DNA from: Acidisphaera sp.
GTDB taxonomy: Bacteria; Pseudomonadota; Alphaproteobacteria; Acetobacterales; Acetobacteraceae
DNA length: 64,000 nt
Assembly: GCA_019240395.1 (NCBI GenBank)
Contig: JAFAYM010000161.1
Span: 26,789 to 90,788 of the forward strand
Direction of reading: 5' to 3'
The position numbers and the translations under genes are program-made. Below are positions 1 to 8,911 of this stretch, piece by piece (positions within the stretch are counted from its first letter, which is position 1; each line of letters opens with the position of its first letter). The notes under the pieces were generated by a model, which searched no databases, was not told the origin of the DNA, and saw only the letters and a program-made list of their open reading frames with translations.

Positions 1-900
1 GCCAAGGGCGAGGGCCGCAACCGCTGCCATTTCTTCGACGACACGTTGAACCGCAAGGCCAAGCGCCGCGCTCTGCTCGAGCAGGCGCTGCGCGAGCCGT
101 CGCTGATCGCGCAGCTCGAACTCGTCTATCAGCCGCAGGTCCACGTTGCGACACGGCACGTCACCGGTGTCGAGGCACTCCTGCGATGGCAACACCCGAC
201 CTTCGGCGCGGTCCCGCCGGAGGAGTTCATCCCGCTCGCAGAACATTCCGGCATGATCAGCGCGATCGGCACCTGGGTGCTGGAAGAAAGCTGTCGACAG
301 GCGGCCCGCTGGCGCCAGCTTGGCCTGCCGCGGATGTCGATTGCCGTGAACGTCGCCACCGCCCAGTTCCGGGACACCGACATTCCTGCCATCGTCGAGA
401 GCGTCCTCAAGCGGACCGGACTGCCGGCGTCGTGGCTCGAACTGGAGATCACCGAGACCGGCATCATGCGCGACATGCACGTCGCCGCCGAGACGCTAGT
501 CGCCCTGCACCAGCTGGGTGTCGGGCTCGCCATCGACGATTTCGGCACCGGCTACTCTTCGCTGAGCTACCTGCGCAAGCTGCCGGTCGACCGCATCAAG
601 ATCGATCGCAGCTTCGTCAATGACGTGACCACCAACGAGGATGCCGCGGTCGTCGCGACGACGATCGTCAACCTTGCCCATAGCCTGCGGCTGGAGGTCG
701 TTGCCGAGGGCGTCGAAAGTGCCGAACAGGCGGAGTTCATGGCGCGCTGCGGCTGCGACATCGTCCAGGGCTTCTTCTTCGGCAGCCCGATGGGCGCCGC
801 CGAAGTTGCGCGTCTGCTGCCCCAGGCGCCGGACGCCGCCGCCCCGGCGGTGACGGCGGATGCGCCGGCGGCGAATGTGACTGCGGCGGAGCTCGTCTGA
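1..900 (+). CDS. GGDEF-EAL family c-di-GMP phosphodiesterase, C-terminal part (5-prime end outside window)
   Basis: Frame 1 is open from base 1 (AKGEGRNRCHFFD looks like the end of a GGDEF domain). A full EAL domain follows: EALLRW, ELEITE, DDFGTGYSSLSYL, KIDRSF, AEGVE, QGFFFG. Confidence 0.85.
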   Translation, partial: AKGEGRNRCHFFDDTLNRKAKRRALLEQALREPSLIAQLELVYQPQVHVATRHVTGVEALLRWQHPTFGAVPPEEFIPLAEHSGMISAIGTWVLEESCRQAARWRQLGLPRMSIAVNVATAQFRDTDIPAIVESVLKRTGLPASWLELEITETGIMRDMHVAAETLVALHQLGVGLAIDDFGTGYSSLSYLRKLPVDRIKIDRSFVNDVTTNEDAAVVATTIVNLAHSLRLEVVAEGVESAEQAEFMARCGCDIVQGFFFGSPMGAAEVARLLPQAPDAAAPAVTADAPAANVTAAELV

Positions 901-2603
901 TGTCCCTGGCTTCGGTCGATCCCCACTCCCTCGATAATGGTGCCGTCGATGCTCGTCTCCCCGATGATCGGCACGCCGACCGGCTGCAGACATCAGACCG
1001 ACCGCGCGTAAAAGCCGGCAGGGTGGTCTCGACCGCCGGCTCGCAGATCGTCATCCTGCTGGAGAACCAGGACATCATCCTGGAGCGGGTGGAAATGGGC
1101 GCCCTGGTCTGCGCGCGCGGTCCGCATGCCCTGGTCTACGGCATCATCGAAGGCCTGAGCACGCCGATGCCGGTCACCTCAGGCGAAGGCCCCGAGCTCA
1201 AGATTGCCGAGATCGGCCTGCTGGGCGAGGTGCCGGACAGCGGACCCGGCATCGCCGGCGCGTTCCGCCGCGGCGTCTCCCGGCTGCCGTCGCTCGACAC
1301 CACGGTCCACCTGGCTGACCATGAAGACACCGAAGTGATCTTCGCGCTTCCCAACCGGCAATCGATCTGCATCGGCTCAGTCCACCAGGACCAGCGGGTG
1401 CGCGCCAACGTCGGCATCGACGATATGCTGTGCAAGCACTTCGCCATGCTGGGCACGACGGGAACCGGCAAGTCGTGCGCTCTGACGCTGGTGCTGAAAC
1501 GCATTTTCGACAACAACCCGCACGGTCACGTGTTGCTGCTCGACCCGCACGGCGAATACAAGCTGGCCTTTGCCGAGCGGGCCGAGAGCCTCGACGCCAG
1601 CAACTTCCGGCTTCCCTACTGGCTGCTGAATTTCGAGGAACTGACGGAAGTCGTGTTCGGCAGCGAGAAGCGCGACATGGCGACCGAGATCATGTATCTG
1701 CGCGACCTCGTGCTGACCGCCAAGCTGGCTATGGCCAAGGACAGCAGCGACAAGAGCTGGATCACCGTGGACAGCCCGGTGCTGTACACGATGAGCGACC
1801 TGAACCGCTTGCTGGAGAGTGCCATCGGCAGTCTCGACAACCGCAACAACGTGACCTTCTATCTGCGCATCAGGGCCCGGCTCGCCATCCTGCAGACCGA
1901 CCGGCGGTTCGCCATGTTGTTCGACACCGGGCTGATCGTGCGCGACAATCTCTCGGCGATCCTGAGCCGGATCTTCCGGGTTCCCGCCGATGGCAAGCCG
2001 CTGGCCATCCTCGATCTGGCGAGCATCCCGTCGGACCTGCTGAACGTCGTCGTCGCGGTGATCGCCCGGCTGGCCTTCGAGTTCGCGGTCTGGTCGGGCA
2101 AGCGGACGCCGCTGCTGCTGATCTGCGAGGAGGCGCACCGCTACGCGCCGCAGCACGTCGGCATGGGCTTCGAGCCGGCCAAGTGGGCGCTGTCGCGCAT
2201 CGCCAAGGAAGGCCGCAAATACGGCATCAGCCTGGGCGTCATCAGCCAGCGTCCGGCGGAGCTCGACGCGACCATCCTGTCGCAGTGCAATACGGTGTTC
2301 GCCTTCCGCATGTCCAACGAGCGCGACCAGGAGATCATCCAGGCGACGCTTTCGGAAGCCTCCTCGGCGATGCTCGCGGCCCTGCCGTTCCTCAGCAACT
2401 CGGAGGCGATCGGCATCGGCGAGGGGCTGCCGATTCCGATGCGGCTGCGCTTCGGCGCGCTCCCCGGCAACGAGCGGCCGCGCAGCACGTCGGCCTCGTT
2501 CTCCGAGCGCTGGCAGATCGACGAGGGCGATCACGCCGCCGAGCTGGACAGCCTGGTGGATGCGTTGCGCGGGAAACGCACCACGCGCGACCTGGAGGGC
2601 TGA
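900..2603 (+). CDS. HerA/FtsK-like P-loop ATPase (DUF87 / COG0433 type)
   Basis: 567-aa ORF with Walker A GTTGTGKS and Walker B LLLICEEAHRY. It also has GISLGVISQRPAELD...FAFRMSNERD, typical of HerA-like hexameric ATPases. ATG at 900 overlaps the EAL stop (TGATG). Confidence 0.75.
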   Translation: MSLASVDPHSLDNGAVDARLPDDRHADRLQTSDRPRVKAGRVVSTAGSQIVILLENQDIILERVEMGALVCARGPHALVYGIIEGLSTPMPVTSGEGPELKIAEIGLLGEVPDSGPGIAGAFRRGVSRLPSLDTTVHLADHEDTEVIFALPNRQSICIGSVHQDQRVRANVGIDDMLCKHFAMLGTTGTGKSCALTLVLKRIFDNNPHGHVLLLDPHGEYKLAFAERAESLDASNFRLPYWLLNFEELTEVVFGSEKRDMATEIMYLRDLVLTAKLAMAKDSSDKSWITVDSPVLYTMSDLNRLLESAIGSLDNRNNVTFYLRIRARLAILQTDRRFAMLFDTGLIVRDNLSAILSRIFRVPADGKPLAILDLASIPSDLLNVVVAVIARLAFEFAVWSGKRTPLLLICEEAHRYAPQHVGMGFEPAKWALSRIAKEGRKYGISLGVISQRPAELDATILSQCNTVFAFRMSNERDQEIIQATLSEASSAMLAALPFLSNSEAIGIGEGLPIPMRLRFGALPGNERPRSTSASFSERWQIDEGDHAAELDSLVDALRGKRTTRDLEG

Positions 2604-2718
2604 ACACCAAGCGACGGATGATCAACCGATTTCAGCCCGGCGATGGAGCTGGGCGGCATCGGGCGTCGCAGGAACCGGTAAGGCGCGCTATATCGGGCGA
2701 CCAATCGCCCGAGGACCG

Positions 2719-3873
2719 ATGACTGATCTCCTGTCGCGCGTCGACCAGGCGCTGCTCATGGCGGCCGGCATGTTCTGGCAGGTGGGCTGGAGCCTGGTGC
2801 TCGGCTTCGGCATCTCCGCCGTCCTGCAGGTCGTGGTGTCGAAGGCGAGCATGAGTGCGGCGCTCGGCCGCAACGGCGTGCGCGAGATCGCGCTGGCGAC
2901 CGCGGCGGGGGCGGCGAGTTCGAGCTGCTCCTACGCCGCCGCGGCGGTCAGCCGCACGCTGTTCAAGCGGGGCGCCGCGCTGATCCCCAGCCTCGCCTTC
3001 CTCTTCGCCTCGACGAACCTGGTCGCCGAGCTGGGGATCGTCCTCTATCTGCTGATGGGGTGGCAGTTCACCGCGGGCGAGTGGATCGGCGGCGTCGTGC
3101 TGGTCCTCGTGCTGAGCCTGGTGGTGCGCCTGACCTACCCGGAGCGCCTGGTGGAGGCGGCGCGCCGCCATCCCGAGGCGGGGGGCGGGCATGACCACGG
3201 CGAGGCCGCCGAGGCCGGCACGCTCATCGAGAAGCTGTCCCGGCGGGATACCTGGGTGCAGGTCGCGCAGAACTTCGCCATGGACTGGTCGATGCTGTGG
3301 AAGGATCTGCTGCTCGGCTTCCTGATCGCCGGCGGCCTGGCGGCCTTCGTGCCCGGCGGTGTGTGGCAGGCGCTCTTCATCAAAGGGGCGAGTCCCTGGG
3401 TGCAGGTGCCCGCCAACGCACTGCTCGGGCCGATCGTCGCGATCCTGTCGTTCGTCTGCTCGATCGGCAACGTGCCGATGGCGGCGGTGCTGTGGGGTGC
3501 CGGCGTCAGCTTCGGCGGCGTGCTCGCCTTCCTCTACGCCGATCTGCTGGTGTTGCCGCTGCTCGACGTGTATCGCCGCTACTACGGCTGGAAGATGGCG
3601 GCCTATATCGCCGCGGTGTTCTACGCCGTCATGGTTCTTTCCGCGCTGGCGATGGACCTGGCGTTCAATGCCCTCGGCTGGATTCCGCGGACCCGCCCGG
3701 ACGTGCACGCGGCCATGGTGCATTTCGCGCTGGACTACACGCTCTGGCTCAATCTGGCGTTCGGTCTGCTGGCCCTTTCGCTGTTCGTGCTGGCGCGCCG
3801 CAACCCGATGGCACACGCCCATTGCGAGCACCATGGGGCGCATCATGGGCCGGCGCATCAGCATCGTTCCTGA
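2719..3873 (+). CDS. Multi-pass membrane permease (UPF0718/YraQ/ArsP-like) with His-rich C-terminal tail
   Basis: ATG at 2719 (MTDLLSRV...) inside ORF 2560..3873. The protein is hydrophobic with many TM segments and conserved Cys (SSSCSYAAA, VCSIGNVPM). The tail is HAHCEHHGAHHGPAHQHRS. Confidence 0.65.
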   Translation: MTDLLSRVDQALLMAAGMFWQVGWSLVLGFGISAVLQVVVSKASMSAALGRNGVREIALATAAGAASSSCSYAAAAVSRTLFKRGAALIPSLAFLFASTNLVAELGIVLYLLMGWQFTAGEWIGGVVLVLVLSLVVRLTYPERLVEAARRHPEAGGGHDHGEAAEAGTLIEKLSRRDTWVQVAQNFAMDWSMLWKDLLLGFLIAGGLAAFVPGGVWQALFIKGASPWVQVPANALLGPIVAILSFVCSIGNVPMAAVLWGAGVSFGGVLAFLYADLLVLPLLDVYRRYYGWKMAAYIAAVFYAVMVLSALAMDLAFNALGWIPRTRPDVHAAMVHFALDYTLWLNLAFGLLALSLFVLARRNPMAHAHCEHHGAHHGPAHQHRS

Positions 3874-3933
3874 GCAGGCGGAGAGCGCGTTCCGGACGGC
3901 ACGGACCAGGAAGGGCCGTCGCGGCCCGGGCTG

Positions 3934-5463
3934 ATGCCGCCCATCTCCCCACAACCTGAGGGCTCTCCGCAACCCAATGTCGGGCTGGGCAGCCTGGCGC
4001 TGCTGCCGCTCCGGTTCTGGGCGCTGGTGCCGCTCACCGGCATCGGCGCCGGCCTCGCGGCGGGGCTGCTGATGGCGCTGCTGCGCGCGGTGCAGCATCT
4101 CGCCTGGCCGGCTCGGGGAGCCGACTTCCTCACCGCCGTGCAGCAGGCCGGGCCGGCGCACCGCGTCGTCATCCTCGCCGGCGCCGGGGTCATCGTCGCG
4201 CTGGCGCGCTGGGCGATGAGCCTGCGCAAGGGCGGCCATGGCGGGGAAGTGGCGGAGGCGATCTGGTTCCGCGCCGGCCACCTGCCGGTGTTGCGCACCC
4301 TGGCCAACGCCGTCACCTCCATCGTCATCGTCGGCATGGGCGCCTCGCTCGGCCGGGAGGCGGCGCCGAAGCAGACCGGGGCGGTGTGGGCGGGCGTGCT
4401 CTCCCATTTGGCGGGATTGCCGCCGGCGCAGCGTCGCCTGCTGGCGGCCTGCGGCGCCGGCGCCGGGATCGCCGCGGTCTACAACGTGCCGTTCGGCGGC
4501 GCGCTGTTTGCCGTCGAGGTGCTGCTCGGCAGCCTCTCCCTGCCGCTGGTGCCTCCGGCGCTCTGCGCCACCCTGCTCGCCACGGCGACGGCCTGGCTGT
4601 TCCTGCCGATGCAGCCCACCTACCAGGTGCCGTTCTATCCCGCGCCGCCGTCTCTCCTGGCCTGGGCGGTGCCGGCGGGCCCGCTCGCCGGCCTGGCCGC
4701 CGTGCTCTACATCCGGCTGATCGCCTGGGCGGACGCCCGCAAGCCGCGGGGCTGGGCGGTGCTCGCCGCCCCGGTCGGCGTCTTCGCCGGCCTCGGCGCG
4801 CTGGCGATCACCCTGCCGCAAATCCTCGGCAACGGCCGCGGGGTCGTGCAGCTGGCCTTTACCGGACAGCTCGCCGTGCCGCTGCTGACCCTGCTGGTCG
4901 TGCTGCGGCCGCTGGCGACGGCTGCCTGCCTGGGAAGCGGCGCGCCGGGCGGGCTGTTCACCCCGACCATCACCTTCGGCGCGGTGCTGGGCGGGCTGGC
5001 CGGCGCAGCGTGGGCGTGGCTGTGGCCGGGGGTTCCGATCGGTGCCTGCGCGGTGATCGGTGCCGGCGCAATGCTCGCGGCGTCGACGCAGGGTCCGATC
5101 TCCGCCATCGTCCTGCTGCTGGAGCTGACCCGGCGCCTCGACACGCTGATGGTGCCGCTGATGCTCGCCGTTGCCGGCGCCGTGCTGACGGCGCGGCTGA
5201 TCGAGGCCCGGTCCATCTATTCCTGCCGCATCCATCTCGGCCGCGCCGAAGCGGCGGGGAGATCGGACGACGACGCCATCCCGGCGATCTCCTCGGCGGC
5301 GCGCTACACGGAGCTGCTCCACGCCCTGCTGACCGCACCGCGGCTGCGCGTCGTCGATGAGGCGGGCGCGACGATCGGCGCCGTCGCCGCCGCCGAGGTC
5401 GTCGAGCCACCGGCAGGAGCCGGGCCGCTGGAGGTTGCGACCGCGCGCGACTTCGCCGCCTGA
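3934..5463 (+). CDS. ClC-family voltage-gated chloride channel/antiporter
   Basis: 509 aa, polytopic. ClC signature segments are GASLGREAAPKQ, GAGIAAVYNVPFGGALFAVE and GAPGGLFTPT. Confidence 0.85.
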   Translation: MPPISPQPEGSPQPNVGLGSLALLPLRFWALVPLTGIGAGLAAGLLMALLRAVQHLAWPARGADFLTAVQQAGPAHRVVILAGAGVIVALARWAMSLRKGGHGGEVAEAIWFRAGHLPVLRTLANAVTSIVIVGMGASLGREAAPKQTGAVWAGVLSHLAGLPPAQRRLLAACGAGAGIAAVYNVPFGGALFAVEVLLGSLSLPLVPPALCATLLATATAWLFLPMQPTYQVPFYPAPPSLLAWAVPAGPLAGLAAVLYIRLIAWADARKPRGWAVLAAPVGVFAGLGALAITLPQILGNGRGVVQLAFTGQLAVPLLTLLVVLRPLATAACLGSGAPGGLFTPTITFGAVLGGLAGAAWAWLWPGVPIGACAVIGAGAMLAASTQGPISAIVLLLELTRRLDTLMVPLMLAVAGAVLTARLIEARSIYSCRIHLGRAEAAGRSDDDAIPAISSAARYTELLHALLTAPRLRVVDEAGATIGAVAAAEVVEPPAGAGPLEVATARDFAA

Positions 5464-5574
5464 GCCGGCGGCCGGCCTTTCCGTCATGCTGCGGCGCGAG
5501 ATCACTTATGACGGCAGCGCAGCGTTTCGCCGCGCCGTGCGTTTCGGCCACGCAGCAGAGAAAGGAGCCCCGAC

Positions 5575-6009
5575 ATGGCGATGGACCCCCAGAACGACCC
5601 GATGAAGATGTTCGCGGCCATGAAGCTCCCGGCCATGCCCGACATGGAGGCGCTGCTCGGCGCCTATCGCCGCAATCTCGAAGTGTTCTCGGCGGCCAAC
5701 CGGGTGGCGCTCGAAGGCGCCCAGGCCGTTGCCAAGCGGCACATGGAGATCACCCAGCAGACGCTCGGCGAACTCACCGAGACCATGAAGTCCTTCGCCG
5801 GGAACGAGACGCCTCAGGCCAGGGGCGCCAGGCAGGCCGAGCTGCTGAAGCAATCCTACGAGCGCGCGGTCGCCAACACGCGCGAACTCAGCGACCTGAT
5901 CCAGCGGGCCAACAACGAGGCGCTCGGGCTGCTGAACGGCCGCGTCGTCGAGGCGATGGATGAGGTCAAGCTGCTGATGGAGAAGTCGGGCGACAGCCAG
6001 AAGCCGTAG
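5575..6009 (+). CDS. Phasin (PHA granule-associated protein) family
   Basis: 144 aa, helical and low complexity. N-terminal pattern is typical of alphaproteobacterial phasins (LLGAYRRNLEVFSAANRVALEGAQAVAKRHMEI). Strong SD AAGGAG lies 8 nt upstream. Confidence 0.75.
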   Translation: MAMDPQNDPMKMFAAMKLPAMPDMEALLGAYRRNLEVFSAANRVALEGAQAVAKRHMEITQQTLGELTETMKSFAGNETPQARGARQAELLKQSYERAVANTRELSDLIQRANNEALGLLNGRVVEAMDEVKLLMEKSGDSQKP

Positions 6010-6020
6010 GCAAGGAGACT

Positions 6021-7370
6021 TCAGGCCGGCAGGCGGATCCGCGCCCGCAGGCCGCCGAGGGGGCTCTGCTCCAGGACGATGTCGCCGCCATGGGCGCGGA
6101 CGATGTCGCGCGCGATGGTCAGGCCCAGCCCGGTCCCGCCGGCCGCATCGCTCTCGAACGGACGGAAGACGCTTTCCCGACGGTCCGGCGGAATCCCCGG
6201 GCCATCGTCGTCCACCGTCACCGTGACCCCACGATCGCTGATCGCCGCGGCGGTCACTGCCACCCGGCGGGCATGCCGGCGGGCGTTGTCCACGAGGTTG
6301 GTGATCGCCCGGCGCACGGCATCGGGCCGCAGCTTCAGGGTGAGGCCGGCGGGGGCCGCGATATCCACCTGGGCGCCGGCTCGGCGCGCGCCCGCCACGA
6401 CCTCCTCCAGCACGGCGGCGAGGTCGATCGGCTGCGCCTGCTCGGCCCCCTCGCCGCGGGCGAAGGCGAGATAGCCGCCGATCATCCGCTCCATCTCCTC
6501 GACGTCGGCGGTCATCTCGGCGACGTCCTGGCGCAGCTCCGGTCGCTCGGGCAGCATGGCGAGCGCCAGGCGCAGGCGCGTCAGCGGCGTGCGGAGATCG
6601 TGCGACACGCCGGCCAGCATTTCGGTGCGCTGGGTGAGGAAGCGGCGGATGCGCTCCTGCATGCGGTTGAACGCGGTCGCCGCCTGGCGCACCTCGCTCG
6701 CCCCCTCCGGCTTGATCGGCCCGCGGTCGCGGCCCATGCCGAAGGCCTCGGCGGCGGCGGCAAGCCGGCGGATCGCCCGCACCTGGTTGCGCATGAACAG
6801 CGCGGCGAGGCCGAACAGCAGCACCGCGGTGCCGACCAGCCACATCACGAACAGGTAGATCGTCCCGGTATCCAGCCGCTTGCGCGGCGCTTCCGCGGTC
6901 AGCAGTCCGTCATCGAGCTGCACGCGCACCAGCACGGTGCGCGCATCGAACGACCAATCCATGGTGAAGGGCAGCCGGATCTTCTCTTGCAGCGCCTGGG
7001 CGAACTCGTCGTCCATCGGCCCGAGCACGTTGTGCGCCACCACCGGCGCGAGCGTGGCGCCCGGCTCGAGGCGCATGACGATCTCGTAGTCGGTCCGGGC
7101 CCGGCGCAGCACCCATTCCTGGTCGGCCTGGTCGGGAAAGCGCTGCAGGAGGGCGATCGTCGTGGCGATCTCCCCGGCGACGGCGCTCGACAGCCGCCGC
7201 GACACCAGGTCGAGATGGCTGCCGTAATAGATCTGCAGGGCGACCGCTTGCAGCAATACCAGCGGGATCAGGATGATCAGCAGGCTGCGGCCGAGCAGCG
7301 AGCGGGGCAGCACCTGCTTGATCGCCCGGGCGGGGGTCCAGCGGACAGCGCCGAGGCGTGGCGGATGCAT
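6021..7370 (-). CDS. EnvZ-like sensor histidine kinase (2 TM, HAMP, HisKA, HATPase_c)
   Basis: H-box AGVSHDLRTPLTRL, N-box NLVDNARRHA, G-boxes DDDGPGIP and GTGLGLTIARDIV. It lies 3 nt downstream of the response regulator. Confidence 0.85.
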   Translation of the reverse strand: MHPPRLGAVRWTPARAIKQVLPRSLLGRSLLIILIPLVLLQAVALQIYYGSHLDLVSRRLSSAVAGEIATTIALLQRFPDQADQEWVLRRARTDYEIVMRLEPGATLAPVVAHNVLGPMDDEFAQALQEKIRLPFTMDWSFDARTVLVRVQLDDGLLTAEAPRKRLDTGTIYLFVMWLVGTAVLLFGLAALFMRNQVRAIRRLAAAAEAFGMGRDRGPIKPEGASEVRQAATAFNRMQERIRRFLTQRTEMLAGVSHDLRTPLTRLRLALAMLPERPELRQDVAEMTADVEEMERMIGGYLAFARGEGAEQAQPIDLAAVLEEVVAGARRAGAQVDIAAPAGLTLKLRPDAVRRAITNLVDNARRHARRVAVTAAAISDRGVTVTVDDDGPGIPPDRRESVFRPFESDAAGGTGLGLTIARDIVRAHGGDIVLEQSPLGGLRARIRLPA

Positions 7371-7373
7371 TGC

Positions 7374-8087
7374 TCAGGACCCGGGCTTCAGGACGTAGCC
7401 GCGGCCCCGGACGGTGTGCAGGAAGCGCGGCTCGCGCGGGTCGGCTTCGATCTTGCGGCGCAGGCGGGTGACCTGCACGTCGATCGCGCGCTCACCGGCC
7501 TCGTCCATGCCGAGCAGCTCGGCGAGGCCCTCGCGCGAGAGCACCTCGTTGGGCCGGCGCGCCAGTGCCGACAGCAGCGCCGCTTCCCCGCCGGTCAGAT
7601 GCACGACGCCCTCGGCGGTGCGCAGCTCGCCGCGCTCGGCGTCGAAACTCGCGGCCCCGAGCTGGGTCGGTCCGGCCGGCGCCGGAACCGCCGCCGGCGG
7701 AACCCGGCGCAACATGGCGCGGATGCGCAGCACCAGCTCGCGCGGCTCGAACGGCTTCTGCAGGTAGTCGTCCGCCCCGGCCTCGAAGCCGGCGATGCGG
7801 TCCTCCGGCGCGCCGCGGGCGGTCAGCAGCAGCACCGGCAGCGCGGCGCGCTCGCGGCGCAGGCTCTCGGTCAGGGTCAGGCCGCTCTCGCCGGGCATCA
7901 TGACGTCGAGCACCAGCAGGTCGGGGTGCATGAAGCGCAGCCGGTCGCGCGCCTCCGCGGCGTTCTCCGCGGCGGTGACGCGAAACCCGTTCTCGCCGAG
8001 AAAGCGCGAGAGCAGGCTGCGGAGCCGGCTGTCGTCGTCGACCACCAGGATGTGGGCGTCGTCCATCATCGCCGATGCGTTGGCCAT
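7374..8087 (-). CDS. OmpR-family response regulator
   Basis: Receiver domain (ILVVDDD, DVMMPG, KPF) plus winged-helix output (VTRLRRKIE, FLHTVRGRGYVL). Start was set at ATG 8087 (MANASAMMDD...). The longer 317-aa ORF reads through a REP-like repeat and was rejected. Confidence 0.85.
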   Translation of the reverse strand: MANASAMMDDAHILVVDDDSRLRSLLSRFLGENGFRVTAAENAAEARDRLRFMHPDLLVLDVMMPGESGLTLTESLRRERAALPVLLLTARGAPEDRIAGFEAGADDYLQKPFEPRELVLRIRAMLRRVPPAAVPAPAGPTQLGAASFDAERGELRTAEGVVHLTGGEAALLSALARRPNEVLSREGLAELLGMDEAGERAIDVQVTRLRRKIEADPREPRFLHTVRGRGYVLKPGS

Positions 8088-8176
8088 CCCCGCTACATAG
8101 AGCATGTTCGCCACGGGCGAACCTGCTTCCCATACCAGTTCTCGGAAGCGCCGACTCGCCGACTCATAGACGGGGC

Positions 8177-8238
8177 CGTCATTCCCGCGAAAGCGGGAAT
8201 CCATTGCGGTGTGGACCCCCGCTTTCGCGGGGGTGACG
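8177..8238. repeat. REP-like double-hairpin element (the type that translates as PAKAGIH / RFRGNDG)
   Basis: CGTCA TTCCCGCGAAAGCGGGAA ... CCCCCGCTTTCGCGGGGG TGACG: two adjacent hairpins flanked by CGTCA/TGACG. Intergenic, between the marR-like gene and the response regulator. Confidence 0.7.
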
Positions 8239-8274
8239 ATAATGGGTGGCGCTCTGTGGGACCTCGTATAACCT

Positions 8275-8820
8275 TCAGGCCGGACGGCTGCGGCGCTCCC
8301 TCGCCACCGCCTCCGCCCGCTCGACATAGGCCCGCGCCGCCTCGTCCATGACGCCGCGCATCACCCGGCGGAATCCCTCGACCGCGGCGCCTCCCGCCTC
8401 CCGATAGGCCGCGGCCAGGCGCTCCCGTTGCCGCTCGAAGAGCCGCCGCTCCAGGGCCTGGCCCTGCGCGGTCAGGCTGAGCAGCCGCTGGCGCCGGTCC
8501 GTGCTGCCCGGCGACTGCACGACGTAGCCCTGCTCGACAAGGGCTCCCAGCACCCGCGCCAGGCTCTGCTTGGTGATGCGCAGGATGGCGAGCAGTTCGC
8601 TCACCGTGATGCCGGGGTTGCGGCCGATGAAGTGCAGCGCCCGGTGATGCGCCCGACCCAGGCCGAGCTCTTCGAGAATGAGGTCGGCGGCGTTGGTGAA
8701 ATCGCGATAGGCAAAGAACAGCAGATCCTGCGCCAGCCGGATCTCCTCCTCTCGCAGGAAGAGCAGGTTCGAGCCGGCCGGCGCGCCACGCGCGTCCTTC
8801 ACATCCGGCATGACTGGCAT
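8275..8820 (-). CDS. MarR-family transcriptional regulator
   Basis: 181 aa with a winged HTH (ITVSELLAILRITKQSLARVLGALVEQGYVVQSPGSTDRRQRLLSLTAQG). Divergent from ilvE. Confidence 0.8.
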   Translation of the reverse strand: MPVMPDVKDARGAPAGSNLLFLREEEIRLAQDLLFFAYRDFTNAADLILEELGLGRAHHRALHFIGRNPGITVSELLAILRITKQSLARVLGALVEQGYVVQSPGSTDRRQRLLSLTAQGQALERRLFERQRERLAAAYREAGGAAVEGFRRVMRGVMDEAARAYVERAEAVARERRSRPA

Positions 8821-8911
8821 TCCTCCAAATTAGGCCAGGACAATTGACTTATCTTTTCGGCCGATCATAGCCTGACCGGGCAGAAGCAACAAAATTGCGG
8901 AGGACAGTCCG

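Noticed and set aside
2632-5505. 957-aa ORF on the minus strand
   Set aside because: It is antisense to the permease and ClC genes. Composition is extreme Arg/Gly/Ala/Pro/Gln/His low complexity, typical of shadow ORFs in about 70% GC DNA, and no motifs were found.
5464-5574. PhaR-type operator upstream of the phasin gene
   Set aside because: Only loose TGC/GCA-rich strings (CTGCGGCGCGAG, GCAGCGCAGCG) are present, with no clean repeat matching a known operator.
8088-8327. N-terminal 80-aa extension of the response regulator ORF
   Set aside because: The extension is the translation of a REP-like repeat (PAKAGVHTAMDSRFRGNDG) and of intergenic DNA. The receiver domain begins right after ATG 8087/8069.
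6090-8351. 753-aa plus-strand ORF
   Set aside because: It is antisense to the histidine kinase and response regulator, which carry canonical H/N/G boxes and receiver motifs.
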